Source: an uncultured virus (IMG/VR IMGVR_UViG_3300021091_000024) (taxonomy: Duplodnaviria; Heunggongvirae; Uroviricota; Caudoviricetes). From it: a stretch of DNA of 55,045 bases. The notes under the pieces are model-generated. The model was not told the DNA's origin. It searched no databases and saw only the letters and a program-made list of their open reading frames with translations. The DNA is taken from the IMG/VR virus record IMGVR_UViG_3300021091_000024. The stretch is one strand, 5' to 3'. The position numbers and the translations under genes were made by a program. Position 1 is the first letter of the stretch, and every line of letters starts with the position of its first letter. Shown piece by piece: positions 12,001-19,815 of this stretch.

Positions 12001-15000
12001 ATATTTGTTGGAGATAGTTACCAGGCTATTTACGGATTCCGTGGAGCATCGGACAGTCTCGAGAAAGCGGAAGCCACATATGACTTGCCTCTCACTGGGT
12101 CATGGAGATTCGACAGCAAGATAGCTGGATACGCAAACAGATTCCTAGCGTACATGGGTTCAAAAGATAGAATTCGTGGCGTAGGAAAGCCGGGTGATGG
12201 TGTTGTTGAACCAGAGTCGATGGTTGACCCAGATGCAATTCTGACAAGAAGTAACGGTGGGGCGCTACGTGCAGTTGTTGAGCAAATAAAAAACGGAAGA
12301 ATCGTAGGGACTTCGGAAAACTTCAAGAAAGACCTAACGAAATTCGCATGGCACGCAATAAGTCTCAAGGCCGATAAGCCAGTAAAAAATCCACATCCAG
12401 AACTAGAGGAATTCTCTTCATGGCAGGAGGTTACAGATGCAGCCAACGCCGAGGATGCAAGCCCTCGACTAAGAATGCTTGTACAGCTATTCAATGACAC
12501 ACCAAACATTATCGAGATACTGGACCAAGTCGTTGTCGGTGGCAAGCTCAGGGGGGAATCTGGTGGAGGCTCCGGCAAGAGGATTCTTCCTAGCGAAGTA
12601 ACAGATGGCTTTGAGATGTCCATAGACCCAAGCAGTCTGGGTAAATGGGCAGGAGACAAAAAGACATCCGTTTTGTACAAAAATGGAAAACTGTTCTTTC
12701 AGTTGCCATACACAGCAAAAGGCTCATCTGGTGATGACAGCAAAAAGAGCTGGATTAAAGAAAACTTAGGAAAAATCAATCGCTTTGAGTATGGCAAGCC
12801 AGAAGAGACTGGCGGCAAGTTTGCAGTATTCGTAGACGCAACACCAGAACAGGCTGCAAAACTTCTCTCCGGAATAACATCGGGTGATGCTCAGGAAGTA
12901 GACGTCATGGTAATGACGGCACACAGGTCAAAGGGTCTTGAGTTCGGAAAAGTTCAGCTTTACGGAGACTTCCCAAGACCAAGAAAGAACAAGAATACCG
13001 GTGAGATGGAGTACCCAGCTCCGGAAGAGCAAAGACTTCAGTACGTTGCATCAACTAGGGCCATACGCGAACTAGACCCAGGCCCAACTTCATGGATATA
13101 TAACGAAACATCTGAAGATGACGAAAGCCCAGGCGTACCTAGTGGTTTCTCGTCTGGCGCAAAAGGTAACCCAATGCCGAGCGCCATTGGTAAGGACATG
13201 GTTCTAGAAGACGGCGGCACATACGAAGACAACATGTTTAGGGGCACGTACGTTGCCGACTTTAATGGCGGGAAGATGGTAATCCAGCCGGCAGGCAGGG
13301 ATTCGTGGGCTGTTTACAGGGCAGACTTTATGGGCGGCGAAGATGGGCCTTCTTACAACTTCAGCTATGGTCCACCAACGGACGAGTCTGAGTTCAGTTC
13401 ACTCGCAGACGCATACGAGCATGTTCTCAATTATGTAAAAGACAACGACATAACGCTTGACCAGATGGATGGAAGTCGCCGCTCAAAGGGGAGTGAGTCC
13501 TTCTCGGTGGCAAAAATCGGAAACTCCGGTTCTGGAATATCTGAAAGATTTAGCTCAGGTCGCAAGAATGCCGATAAAAGATTAAAGGCAGCTAGAAAAT
13601 TTTCAAGGGGGGGAGATGCCGATGATGATGGTCGTCTGTCTTCTGGAAAGAGAGATTCTGACGAAGGGTTCGCATCGGGCCGAATACTGTCTCGACTTCG
13701 CGGCCGAGAAGAAACCACTCAGAAAGAAGCAGATGAACTCTATAAATGGGCGGCGGAAGCAAGCAAGAAGCGTCCCGACGACGAATACTTGAGTCGCGTT
13801 GTTGGTAAGGGCTCAGAATACGGAGAAGGTCTAGACGAAAAAGACTTCGAATACATACGCCAACAACAGCTCATTGATTTTATAGTCGATAACGACCTGC
13901 ACCTACGCGACCCGGAAGGAGCTGGTCGAATATTAGATATATGGACCGGTGAAAGCCGGGGAAGAATTAAAGATAAAGACTGGGAGGCCCTGTCGGAACT
14001 CCGATACCGGCGCCAACAGAGAGAGGACGACGCATTTAATCGTGAAGCATTAAAGGACGTTGCCGAATCGCAAGGCATGCCACGTGACGACCAGCAAAAA
14101 CTTGCCATTTTTGCGTGGGCGGCTTCTCGATTTGGGAAATATCCACTGGTAGAAGACGTCGTGAGAGGTGGGAGAACAAACATCCCAAACAGCCTCGACG
14201 ACAGAGAATGGAAATTTCTTAAAACCGAATGGCTCAACAGCGACGCTCCAGACCCACAACCACTCAACACTAGAATGACCAATGGTGACATGGGCCCAGA
14301 TAGGTATCTAGAACAAGACTATCTAGCGTACATGCGCGAGAGCGGTATGACCGGCTTGCTGGAAAAGTACCAGACGCGAGGTGGACTGACCGGCAAAGAT
14401 TGGGCTTATGTAAAGAAGTTACACGACGACCTTGGCCCAAGGGGATGGCGAAATCCAAAGAGTGCCTCATACAGGGGAATAACTAGAAAAGAAAGAAGGG
14501 AAATTGACAAAAAAACTGGACGCCTGAGTGATTGGGATGTTCTGACCGAGGCACAAAGAGCTTCACTAGAGAAGCGCAAGGAAAAATTCAACCTTACAGA
14601 ATCAATGGCCAACGCGCTTTCTTCAGGCCGTACCACCCCGAATAAGCCCAAACAGGATGATGGTCGTTTGTCTTCTGGCGGTGACCCTACTCCTGAACAG
14701 ATTGAAGCCGAAGACAGAGAAAATAGGGCTGACTTCTACAAGAACAGCTCTGGTCTTTATGAAAATGAACTTGCCGAATGGCTGGATGCAAATCCAAGCA
14801 AGACAGAAAAAGACTATGAGTCAAGCCCTGAATTTGCAGAGAGACTTGACGATATGGACAGCATCATGGGCGATTTCGCCGATGCTGAGGCAGAACGTCG
14901 TCTAGATGATTATGCAAATCGCATGTCGTCCGGGGGAAAGCCACCCCGTTATCCACGACCCCCCACGCTCGGAGCGTTTCTCGGTTCTACGGATGACTTA

Positions 15001-18000
15001 TTCAAAAATGTAGATTCATGGGAAGATTTCAGGAATATATACAACGACCAAGAAATCATATTTTTTGATTACGAAACTACCGGTTTAGTATTTGATGAAT
15101 TCGGCAGAGCGACTAGCAACGGAGCACCAGTTCAGTTTGGTGCAGTAAAAATTAAAAACGGCAAAGAAATAGGCCGAATAAACCTATTCATGAACCCCGG
15201 CGAGTCGCTCGGAGAATGGTCGCGAAACAATCTCAAAGACATAGACGGAAATCCACTAACAGATGACTGGCTTGGTGGACAGATTTCCGTTGAAGATGCT
15301 CACAAACAGCTAATCGAGTTCGCTGGGGCTGATGCAATATTCGGAGTTCAAAATGCAACGTTTGATAAAGCTGTTTTGGACGATGTGTTATCAAAAATGA
15401 AATCGGACTGGAGGCCGTCAGGCTACATAGATACACGAGAGCTCGCAAGCCTTGTGCTCCCCAGATGGACACCAGAAACAGAAGATGGGCCATTTCAGAC
15501 AAACAAAGATGGTGAAAAGGTCCCTTCCTCAAGTCTTGCCGCAATTACTGAATATCTTGACGTTGAGCTTGGAGATGGCCACCACAACGCAGATGTTGAT
15601 GCTTTCGCAGCAAGCGAAGTAATGAGAAAAATGATTGATGGGGCAATCGAAAATGATTGGTCGCGAGATGCCCTATCAAAAGAAAAACGTGATTCTCGTC
15701 ATGCGGAAACGATTGCAAAATTTGAAGAGAGCGTTCGGCAATTTGAGTCAGAATTAAGCCAGTATGGTCTATCTTCTGGGCGCCGCCAGCGGCCATCTGA
15801 TGAGGAGATTTATAACCTCAGAATGTCTGGCCCAACCCTAGAGGAAGTCGGGGAGAAGTATGGAATGACGCGCCAAGAAGTGCGCGCTGCAGAAATGCGC
15901 CATATCAGGAAAATGCGTGATGCCGACTTTGAGGCAACTGGGGCACAGACATCTAGAAGAGAGCGTCGTCTATCTTCTGGAGGGAGACCCACACGCGCCG
16001 GTTCAGCAAAACAAAGAGGGAAAGTAGTCCTCACAAGCCAAGAACCAGGCGGTAAGTGGACTGACGTACCAGAAAACCAACTAAGTCGAAAAGACGATTT
16101 CTTTGACAATGAAACAGCTTCAAGAATATTGGATAACCCACTAGAGAATTACAACGACCAAACCGGCTGGCCAGTAGCTGCTAGGGATTTCTTCCAAAGC
16201 CTAGTTTTGCAGCAAGAAGGAAGAGACATTCCTGTAATGGATGAAGATGGAAGGTTCACGCCTGAAGGACGCAACCAAGTCAAGAAGATGCTTTTCGGCT
16301 CTAATGAAGCAAGGGAAAAATTCCTAGACCAAATAGAGTCAGGCGATGTATCTCATATGCAGGCCGTTGCGGCTATCACAATTCTCGAAAAGCTTGGCGA
16401 CGATAATACAAAACTGGGCCCAAGGGGTGCTTCAGACCACATGTTGGAAACATTTGGGTTTAAGTCTGCACCAGTCTGGGTTTCTGGCCTGGATTCAAGA
16501 GACCCCGACTACGACCTTATAAGAGGAGAGGTCAACTGGACTCCGTTGTCCGAAGAGCAGTGGCTTGATGAGGTCAAGCAGGCGTATGTTGATAACAAAA
16601 ACATAACCAACTATGTTGGAAATAGAAGAGATTGGGTTACAAAGAATAAGGGCAAGTCTGAAAAAGACTACGAATCAAGTCCTGAATTCATCGCAGACGC
16701 TAAGCGCGCATACTTGGAGAACAAGAACACCATTGGTCCTGCAGAAGTCTACTCTCACCCATTCACACATTTCTATGGGATGCGTGAAGAGCAAAAAGAT
16801 ACAGTCAAGAAGAATTGGCTTTCCCAGAACCCTGGCAAAACAGACGCTGATTACGACAAAGCAATGTCGTGGGACGGAGAGGGTGACCCTGACAAGTCAA
16901 CGGAAGCTGGAAGTTGGGGATTTGGAGACCCACGCAGTCTTGGTGGGAAACCATCTACACAGGCAGATGGTGCTTCTAGTAAGAGGCCGACTTCAGCACG
17001 GGGTACGACTAAGAGGCCGACTTCAGCACGGGGTACGACTACTTCTTCATTGCCGCCGGAAACGACACAGAAGCTATTCCAAGCCATAAAGCTCGATACG
17101 ATTCTGTCGGCGCTTGGTATAAAAGACGATGTTACCAGAGAAGAACAAAGAAAGAAGCTTTCTGAACTTATTGGATTTACGATAACGGAGGACTCATTCA
17201 AGGGCTACAAGCGCACGGGTCCGAGGCCAAGAATTATTCTGGAACTTCTACGCAGGGGTCACATTAAGGACCTAGATTCGCTACGCGAAGCCGACAGGAC
17301 AGATGCAAACCTGGGGAACCTTGTCAATCAAGCAAGAGACTCAGTTTTCATTGCTACCGCATACGGAAGACTGCGTGAAGCAGCAAGAGGTGCTGGTTTG
17401 TCTGAGGATTCATTTGGAGCAAGGCTTTGGGGGAGACTCGGGAAAGAATACGAAGACCATGTTATTAATGGTAAGGGGCAGCCAAGAAGCAGGATGGCTG
17501 ACGGTGCAATTCCAAAAACGTTTAACCTAAGCAAACTAGACCTTATTGGGGAAACGGAACTGTCAGAACTTGTTGACGGCCTAAATGCAATGGCTGAATC
17601 AGAGGGCTCTTCTGCTCGGTTTACGATTGACGATATATTCCCCAAGAACGATAGAGGTTACATCGATGCATTCGGTGAATCAAAGATAAGAATGAGCAGC
17701 GGAAAACCATCTACGCAAAAGGGACAGAGATTCGTTGCCAAGCCTAAGGGGAATAGGCTAACCAGTGCTGCAAATGACACTGCTGAAATGAGATTCTCCT
17801 CGGCGGCTAGACCAACGTACAGAACACCTGGCGGAGGAATCGACAAAGATGCAATGTCTGCAGATATTGAAGATGCGATTCGCGGTCCTCGACTTGGCGC
17901 TGTTGCAATAACTTCTGCAAATGCAGAAACGGTCGGCAGAGAGCAAGTAGATAATCTCACTAGAGCCATAACTCTTCGTCAGCACATAGCAGACATGTTC

Positions 18001-19728
18001 CCAAGCGTTGTTAACGATAGAACACAGGTCTCCTACGATATAGAGCCTCTCCTGACGGAGCAAGGCATAAGTCCAAAAGATGCAGAAAAACTGACAGACC
18101 TAGTTAACGACCTAGATGAATACATCGACGGGATAGTTAAGCAGTTCGAGGACGAGGGTGACAAGCTAGAAAGCGGTCTGCGCGAAATGACAGACATGCT
18201 CGACGAGGTATCTGAGCTACGTAAGTATCGCAAAGAGACAATCGACAAGTATGGCGAAGATGACGCAAGAAACTTGATAGACAGACTTGACGAAAAGATA
18301 AATAAACTTACGACATCAATTGATGACAAGTATCAGGCTACCATAGGTAGCAACAGAACAAACATGGCAAAACTTCGCGATGAAGCGCTTGCCTTGGTTG
18401 ACGAAAATCCAGGGTTTGACAGGCCAAAGAAGGGCGGCGACAAGCCGCGCCTATCAAGCGGCGCCAACTCCCTGTCGTCGAAGCTGATAGGCATTGAAAT
18501 GGCCATGGGCCGAGCCGAAGAAGGCGGTCTACCTAAATACAAGCCGGTCAGCAAGATGGACATGAACCTTCCAAACGGAACGCGCCTGTCTTCTGGCAAG
18601 GCTGACGAATGGTACGAGAACCTGACAGCGAAGCTTGTAGAGCAGATTGAAAAGATTCAGGCATCGGGCGGGGACAAGTGGGAATTCCCATGGCATCGAA
18701 CTGGGGCCATGCCGAAGAACGCAATCAGCGGCCACGTTTTCTCTGGTATGAACCCATTTGTCCTGTTGCTTGCTGCTGATGAAAAGGGTTACTCAACACA
18801 CCGCTGGGCTACATACAAGCAGTGGCAGAGCGTGGGTGGAAATGTAATGAAGAACGAAAAGGGCCAGACACTCCTGAAGCCAGTTTTCAAGAAGGTTAAG
18901 GACCCAGACACAGGTAAAGAAGAGACAAAGCTTGTCAACTGGAGCGCATATACCGTGTTCAACGTTGCCCAGGTGGAGGGAATAAATCCAGAAGATTACG
19001 ACGACAAGCCCAAAGACCTTCTTGATGAGGCAGCCAGAGTGGAGAGGGCCGAAAAAGCATTCGCCATAGTCGGTGCAGACATAGAAACCGGAGATGGCTC
19101 ACGTGCTTACTACAGCCCGTCAAACGATAAGATAGTTATGCCGCCGTTTGCTTACTTCAAGACCCCAGAGGGCTACTACGCGACCCTTGGCCATGAGCTT
19201 GTTCACTGGACTGGACACTCCTCCAGACTTGATAGGCCAAACATGAACCGCTTCGGCACCCCTGCATACGCTCGGGAGGAATTGGTTGCAGAGCTTGGCT
19301 CGGCTTTCTTGATGGCCAATTTCGGCATGGCTGCAGAGCCACGAGAAGACCACGCTCACTACCTGGCCAACTGGCTAAAGGTTTTGCGCGAGGAGCCAAA
19401 GGCCCTACAAGAAGCAGCAAGAGAGGCCCAAAAGGCGTCGAAGCTTCTCATCGAAAAGATGAGGGAAGTGCTTGAGGGTGCCGAAGTAGCCGAAGAAACG
19501 CTTGATGATGTTGACGGGACGAAGAGCGCATGGGTCGGAATGTCTGACGACATTGGGAGAGAATCACTGCTCCAGGTTGCAGGCATTCTTCCCGCATACC
19601 TACGCATGGAGGTGGAAGCGGCCATTAAAAGCACCGCCCCAGGGGGACCCCTATCAACTAAGGTTATTAACAGAATTTCAAAAACAATTGAACTTCTAGA
19701 GACATTCTCAAAGCAAAAAGGTATTTGA
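5518..19728 (+). CDS. giant (4736 aa) prohead-protease fusion / polyvalent polyprotein
   Basis: Uninterrupted ORF with RBS aggag at ~5509. Contains an N-terminal HK97 protease, HTHs, KTSC x2, an SF1 helicase, a DEDDh exonuclease and C-terminal ArdC. 20 [FLM]SSG motifs. Confidence 0.93.
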   Translation: MSKSFVNPEIQYKAATQGAINLDEARGIVECFVAGIGNKDSVGDVCAPGAFAKSLLRRKPRVVWGHNWNDPIGKVLEIYEVPANDPRLPSKMRAAGIGGLYAKVQFNLMSEKGKEAFASVAFFGEEQEWSIGYKTINAKFDQQMQANVLFEVELYEVSPVLHGANQLTGTISVKSDENNATAVMERAVSSIANADSENSPELKEVLYALRNIASMISDNEKHEYGMPSVMPSANRQPIPSMPSPAPSTAPRSVVKPTRPSIPENPMVVALRRELVARTGSNIIVRSAGDNVVVFDRIMSDGSSCTYRLAYHYADGEFMFGKPEKVNAQTVYTPETPGAPGDAYWGDDYSETPKSLQSGDFWSAGFYSELTSQPDTSNALMEVIESLQHLINEKSEYVIPVEPAEAFELRQMIDPVLEYYNADARVTEEGIVVKSAHNPELIEALDVATKSVLGKIRRGIGAGRRLDAPNIGGGKGRSRAARAIGAATGGVAGNLDPSKISLNDPDGDGWAREGSRNPVWVGFKKAVEKIAGSVGRKKKPSKDKQRARSAVNADKPGPPRVRSGAPWDAPLTPAPPRPSRVTLTDDAGARLRELGKERARELGFDRNIDPVLPRPRKKLTNQVSAAPRPGEGRSRASGESIANAIRRSKSAPNPVLGQEMANDVAKFGYPEEMSTDDLVRTVGKFRGEIAKARENLEKIQADRDSGKKVSSSEIGKARQSVDSLRQRASVYSSEISKRDKIKGSDRFSSGKAITPEDRRKRRHAPLGTTGEFDLPDEVATRNKHEEFVAEFRKNNGFWLDIPREGTVASMNTSEEWQRAREIATNVGILEWQENERNRRPKGFSEKARSSMDYLTWFGGYTKRLGDYLDREESSENVTDDELAGARAAVLDALAFRMATPTGPESQNTLAAMLADAGFGPNGKHEKAFGGRKKSSVVGFSSGRGNRVDTRVLDQLMNDGKEVSDDDVKAILMPNAGILMHPEYNDRTGEVSLGWKNVLESSLEDRSFNRGSQRAMIRLDDEGYQKFTEALEAANGELTPSDGLPSSSRSVRDREYPYSWGKSRMGAFSSGRKYPPEIEDELVFDSELGGNRAADRINTENVDMEIVPSSDIGLDGPDDGAWTVVGMYRGEDYGSVDYIYELDTFDSVEEARRFIETFDRLIDEEIRPGDPDFFLDIDNYNKDNKISLDDDLDSAISKAVQSRKDRENDPYDYGSLLSSVLSDRSLNLFGDGESRFSSGRNKAERRQSVKRVMAEDMADREVNLGILSRRMKGETLDEVGRAYGIDRGTVRQMEMREMKRLRDGATPSEILAYRMTGLTLDDMGRMLGMSREEVRRIESREIARMRLGGRDGSDAIFEGRKAGLSRNSIKKLTGMSMDDIATKERKGFERAVTREDVSHQIFDKYVTRFGEDELTDAELAEELGVSERIVSEVRAGAKKDILDARRGMDEHYSSLPEPTDEELQEMADYYANDFAREQGFGSYAEYKDYVSSVGREDDGERLSSGAGKRDLTFSQKVGQRVFEEAEKIAKEDNRDIFDTLDSLVFDKRMDSTNRRKDFDVAEMYSHINSLLFPEGARESRKRRLWRRERLSSGRTGRGRKNRRQGKSNQGAWSEEDLQRFRDRNVLRAKTRPGKRKDGPSAEEFSSGRKRIDTAGSSALTGAFYDADNKRLVVGFNKGGVYAYDGVTPEDIEEMHNAESKGAAMASIKKKYKGVRLSEADDSFKATKQGDEWVVNPDNETTYSISEDGGEFFVLRTSGSYARDGGQSGDEYYHPESFKNMDSAMKWVEQDFLPSITPEPWDEDDYDVDRLSSGGPARAAAQMQFDTRRSRKATEMTYDPQDGRVGITYNDGKQRFFSEVPYEVARAAGNPSKDIDNFIDDLERGKVGKEGGRFSSGASSVPRTDFDYSYQKFPPTEEQAVIADAVATGENVIVRAFAGTGKTSTLVMIAERLKRQDPKKKIVYMAFNKDIQLEAEGKFPGNTESRTGDSISWNWVKQTMGEAFTDRMKGNPPERVKSKGTRNKDISIHFKIKQMEHPDGLKDEKTGNPIVLDAVDVTKLVREAVKEFLISEDDEIGTQHFKKIQNVPPALLGHAKAIWDDMNDPDGVMKLDNSVFTKMWALSRPQLSDGVGLFKGKPSVIFFDEAQDINPVMAKVMREQNIQVIFVGDSYQAIYGFRGASDSLEKAEATYDLPLTGSWRFDSKIAGYANRFLAYMGSKDRIRGVGKPGDGVVEPESMVDPDAILTRSNGGALRAVVEQIKNGRIVGTSENFKKDLTKFAWHAISLKADKPVKNPHPELEEFSSWQEVTDAANAEDASPRLRMLVQLFNDTPNIIEILDQVVVGGKLRGESGGGSGKRILPSEVTDGFEMSIDPSSLGKWAGDKKTSVLYKNGKLFFQLPYTAKGSSGDDSKKSWIKENLGKINRFEYGKPEETGGKFAVFVDATPEQAAKLLSGITSGDAQEVDVMVMTAHRSKGLEFGKVQLYGDFPRPRKNKNTGEMEYPAPEEQRLQYVASTRAIRELDPGPTSWIYNETSEDDESPGVPSGFSSGAKGNPMPSAIGKDMVLEDGGTYEDNMFRGTYVADFNGGKMVIQPAGRDSWAVYRADFMGGEDGPSYNFSYGPPTDESEFSSLADAYEHVLNYVKDNDITLDQMDGSRRSKGSESFSVAKIGNSGSGISERFSSGRKNADKRLKAARKFSRGGDADDDGRLSSGKRDSDEGFASGRILSRLRGREETTQKEADELYKWAAEASKKRPDDEYLSRVVGKGSEYGEGLDEKDFEYIRQQQLIDFIVDNDLHLRDPEGAGRILDIWTGESRGRIKDKDWEALSELRYRRQQREDDAFNREALKDVAESQGMPRDDQQKLAIFAWAASRFGKYPLVEDVVRGGRTNIPNSLDDREWKFLKTEWLNSDAPDPQPLNTRMTNGDMGPDRYLEQDYLAYMRESGMTGLLEKYQTRGGLTGKDWAYVKKLHDDLGPRGWRNPKSASYRGITRKERREIDKKTGRLSDWDVLTEAQRASLEKRKEKFNLTESMANALSSGRTTPNKPKQDDGRLSSGGDPTPEQIEAEDRENRADFYKNSSGLYENELAEWLDANPSKTEKDYESSPEFAERLDDMDSIMGDFADAEAERRLDDYANRMSSGGKPPRYPRPPTLGAFLGSTDDLFKNVDSWEDFRNIYNDQEIIFFDYETTGLVFDEFGRATSNGAPVQFGAVKIKNGKEIGRINLFMNPGESLGEWSRNNLKDIDGNPLTDDWLGGQISVEDAHKQLIEFAGADAIFGVQNATFDKAVLDDVLSKMKSDWRPSGYIDTRELASLVLPRWTPETEDGPFQTNKDGEKVPSSSLAAITEYLDVELGDGHHNADVDAFAASEVMRKMIDGAIENDWSRDALSKEKRDSRHAETIAKFEESVRQFESELSQYGLSSGRRQRPSDEEIYNLRMSGPTLEEVGEKYGMTRQEVRAAEMRHIRKMRDADFEATGAQTSRRERRLSSGGRPTRAGSAKQRGKVVLTSQEPGGKWTDVPENQLSRKDDFFDNETASRILDNPLENYNDQTGWPVAARDFFQSLVLQQEGRDIPVMDEDGRFTPEGRNQVKKMLFGSNEAREKFLDQIESGDVSHMQAVAAITILEKLGDDNTKLGPRGASDHMLETFGFKSAPVWVSGLDSRDPDYDLIRGEVNWTPLSEEQWLDEVKQAYVDNKNITNYVGNRRDWVTKNKGKSEKDYESSPEFIADAKRAYLENKNTIGPAEVYSHPFTHFYGMREEQKDTVKKNWLSQNPGKTDADYDKAMSWDGEGDPDKSTEAGSWGFGDPRSLGGKPSTQADGASSKRPTSARGTTKRPTSARGTTTSSLPPETTQKLFQAIKLDTILSALGIKDDVTREEQRKKLSELIGFTITEDSFKGYKRTGPRPRIILELLRRGHIKDLDSLREADRTDANLGNLVNQARDSVFIATAYGRLREAARGAGLSEDSFGARLWGRLGKEYEDHVINGKGQPRSRMADGAIPKTFNLSKLDLIGETELSELVDGLNAMAESEGSSARFTIDDIFPKNDRGYIDAFGESKIRMSSGKPSTQKGQRFVAKPKGNRLTSAANDTAEMRFSSAARPTYRTPGGGIDKDAMSADIEDAIRGPRLGAVAITSANAETVGREQVDNLTRAITLRQHIADMFPSVVNDRTQVSYDIEPLLTEQGISPKDAEKLTDLVNDLDEYIDGIVKQFEDEGDKLESGLREMTDMLDEVSELRKYRKETIDKYGEDDARNLIDRLDEKINKLTTSIDDKYQATIGSNRTNMAKLRDEALALVDENPGFDRPKKGGDKPRLSSGANSLSSKLIGIEMAMGRAEEGGLPKYKPVSKMDMNLPNGTRLSSGKADEWYENLTAKLVEQIEKIQASGGDKWEFPWHRTGAMPKNAISGHVFSGMNPFVLLLAADEKGYSTHRWATYKQWQSVGGNVMKNEKGQTLLKPVFKKVKDPDTGKEETKLVNWSAYTVFNVAQVEGINPEDYDDKPKDLLDEAARVERAEKAFAIVGADIETGDGSRAYYSPSNDKIVMPPFAYFKTPEGYYATLGHELVHWTGHSSRLDRPNMNRFGTPAYAREELVAELGSAFLMANFGMAAEPREDHAHYLANWLKVLREEPKALQEAAREAQKASKLLIEKMREVLEGAEVAEETLDDVDGTKSAWVGMSDDIGRESLLQVAGILPAYLRMEVEAAIKSTAPGGPLSTKVINRISKTIELLETFSKQKGI
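9290..9670 (+). other. domain: tandem sigma-70 region-4-like HTH repeats
   Basis: GETLDEVGRAYGIDRGTVRQME and GLTLDDMGRMLGMSREEVRRIE resemble sigma region 4.2 TLEEVG..fgvtrERiRQiE. A weaker third copy follows. Confidence 0.7.
10460..11160 (+). other. domains: two KTSC-like domains (~10460-10650 and ~10980-11160)
   Basis: SSALTGAFYDADNKRLVVGFNKGGVYAYDGV...AESKG; degenerate second copy MTYDPQDGRVGITYNDGKQRFFSEVP. Confidence 0.75.
11200..13140 (+). other. domain: UvrD/REP-like superfamily 1 helicase
   Basis: AFAGTGKTS, YMAFNK, FFDEAQD, VGDSYQAIYGFRGA, LTGSWRF, MTAHRSKGLEF, YVASTRA. Confidence 0.92.
15040..15760 (+). other. domain: DEDDh 3'-5' exonuclease (DNA Pol III epsilon-like)
   Basis: ExoI FFDYETTG, ExoII QNATFD, ExoIII HHNADVD. 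Confidence 0.9.
15790..15925 (+). other. domain: single sigma-70 region-4-like HTH
   Basis: LRMSGPTLEEVGEKYGMTRQEVRAAEMRHI. Confidence 0.7.
16981..17040 (+). repeat. exact 30-nt tandem duplication (KRPTSARGTT x2)
   Basis: aagaggccgacttcagcacggggtacgact twice. Confidence 0.95.
18600..19480 (+). other. ardC: domain: ArdC-like antirestriction module (ssDNA-binding N-domain + zincin/MPTase)
   Basis: WEFPW...PKNAISGHVFSGMN...WATYKQWQSVGGNV...VFNVAQVEG; AYYSPSNDKIVMP...HELVHWTGH...YAREELVAELGS...YLANWLKVL. Confidence 0.9.
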
Positions 19729-19815
19729 CATTAGCGGATATATGCCGCAATACATACTCGAATGATAGTTTAGAGTATAATTTTACGGCAGTGACAATAT
19801 AGGAGACCGTCTTTT

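Noticed and set aside
7750..18597. SSG motifs as a DNA repeat array, CRISPR-like array or recombination sites
   Set aside because: Synonymous codons differ freely between copies and spacing ranges from ~50 nt to ~2 kb. The conservation is at the peptide level.
5518..19728. Inteins as the explanation for the giant ORF
   Set aside because: No C-terminal HN-[CST] splice junctions or LAGLIDADG motifs were recognised at module boundaries.
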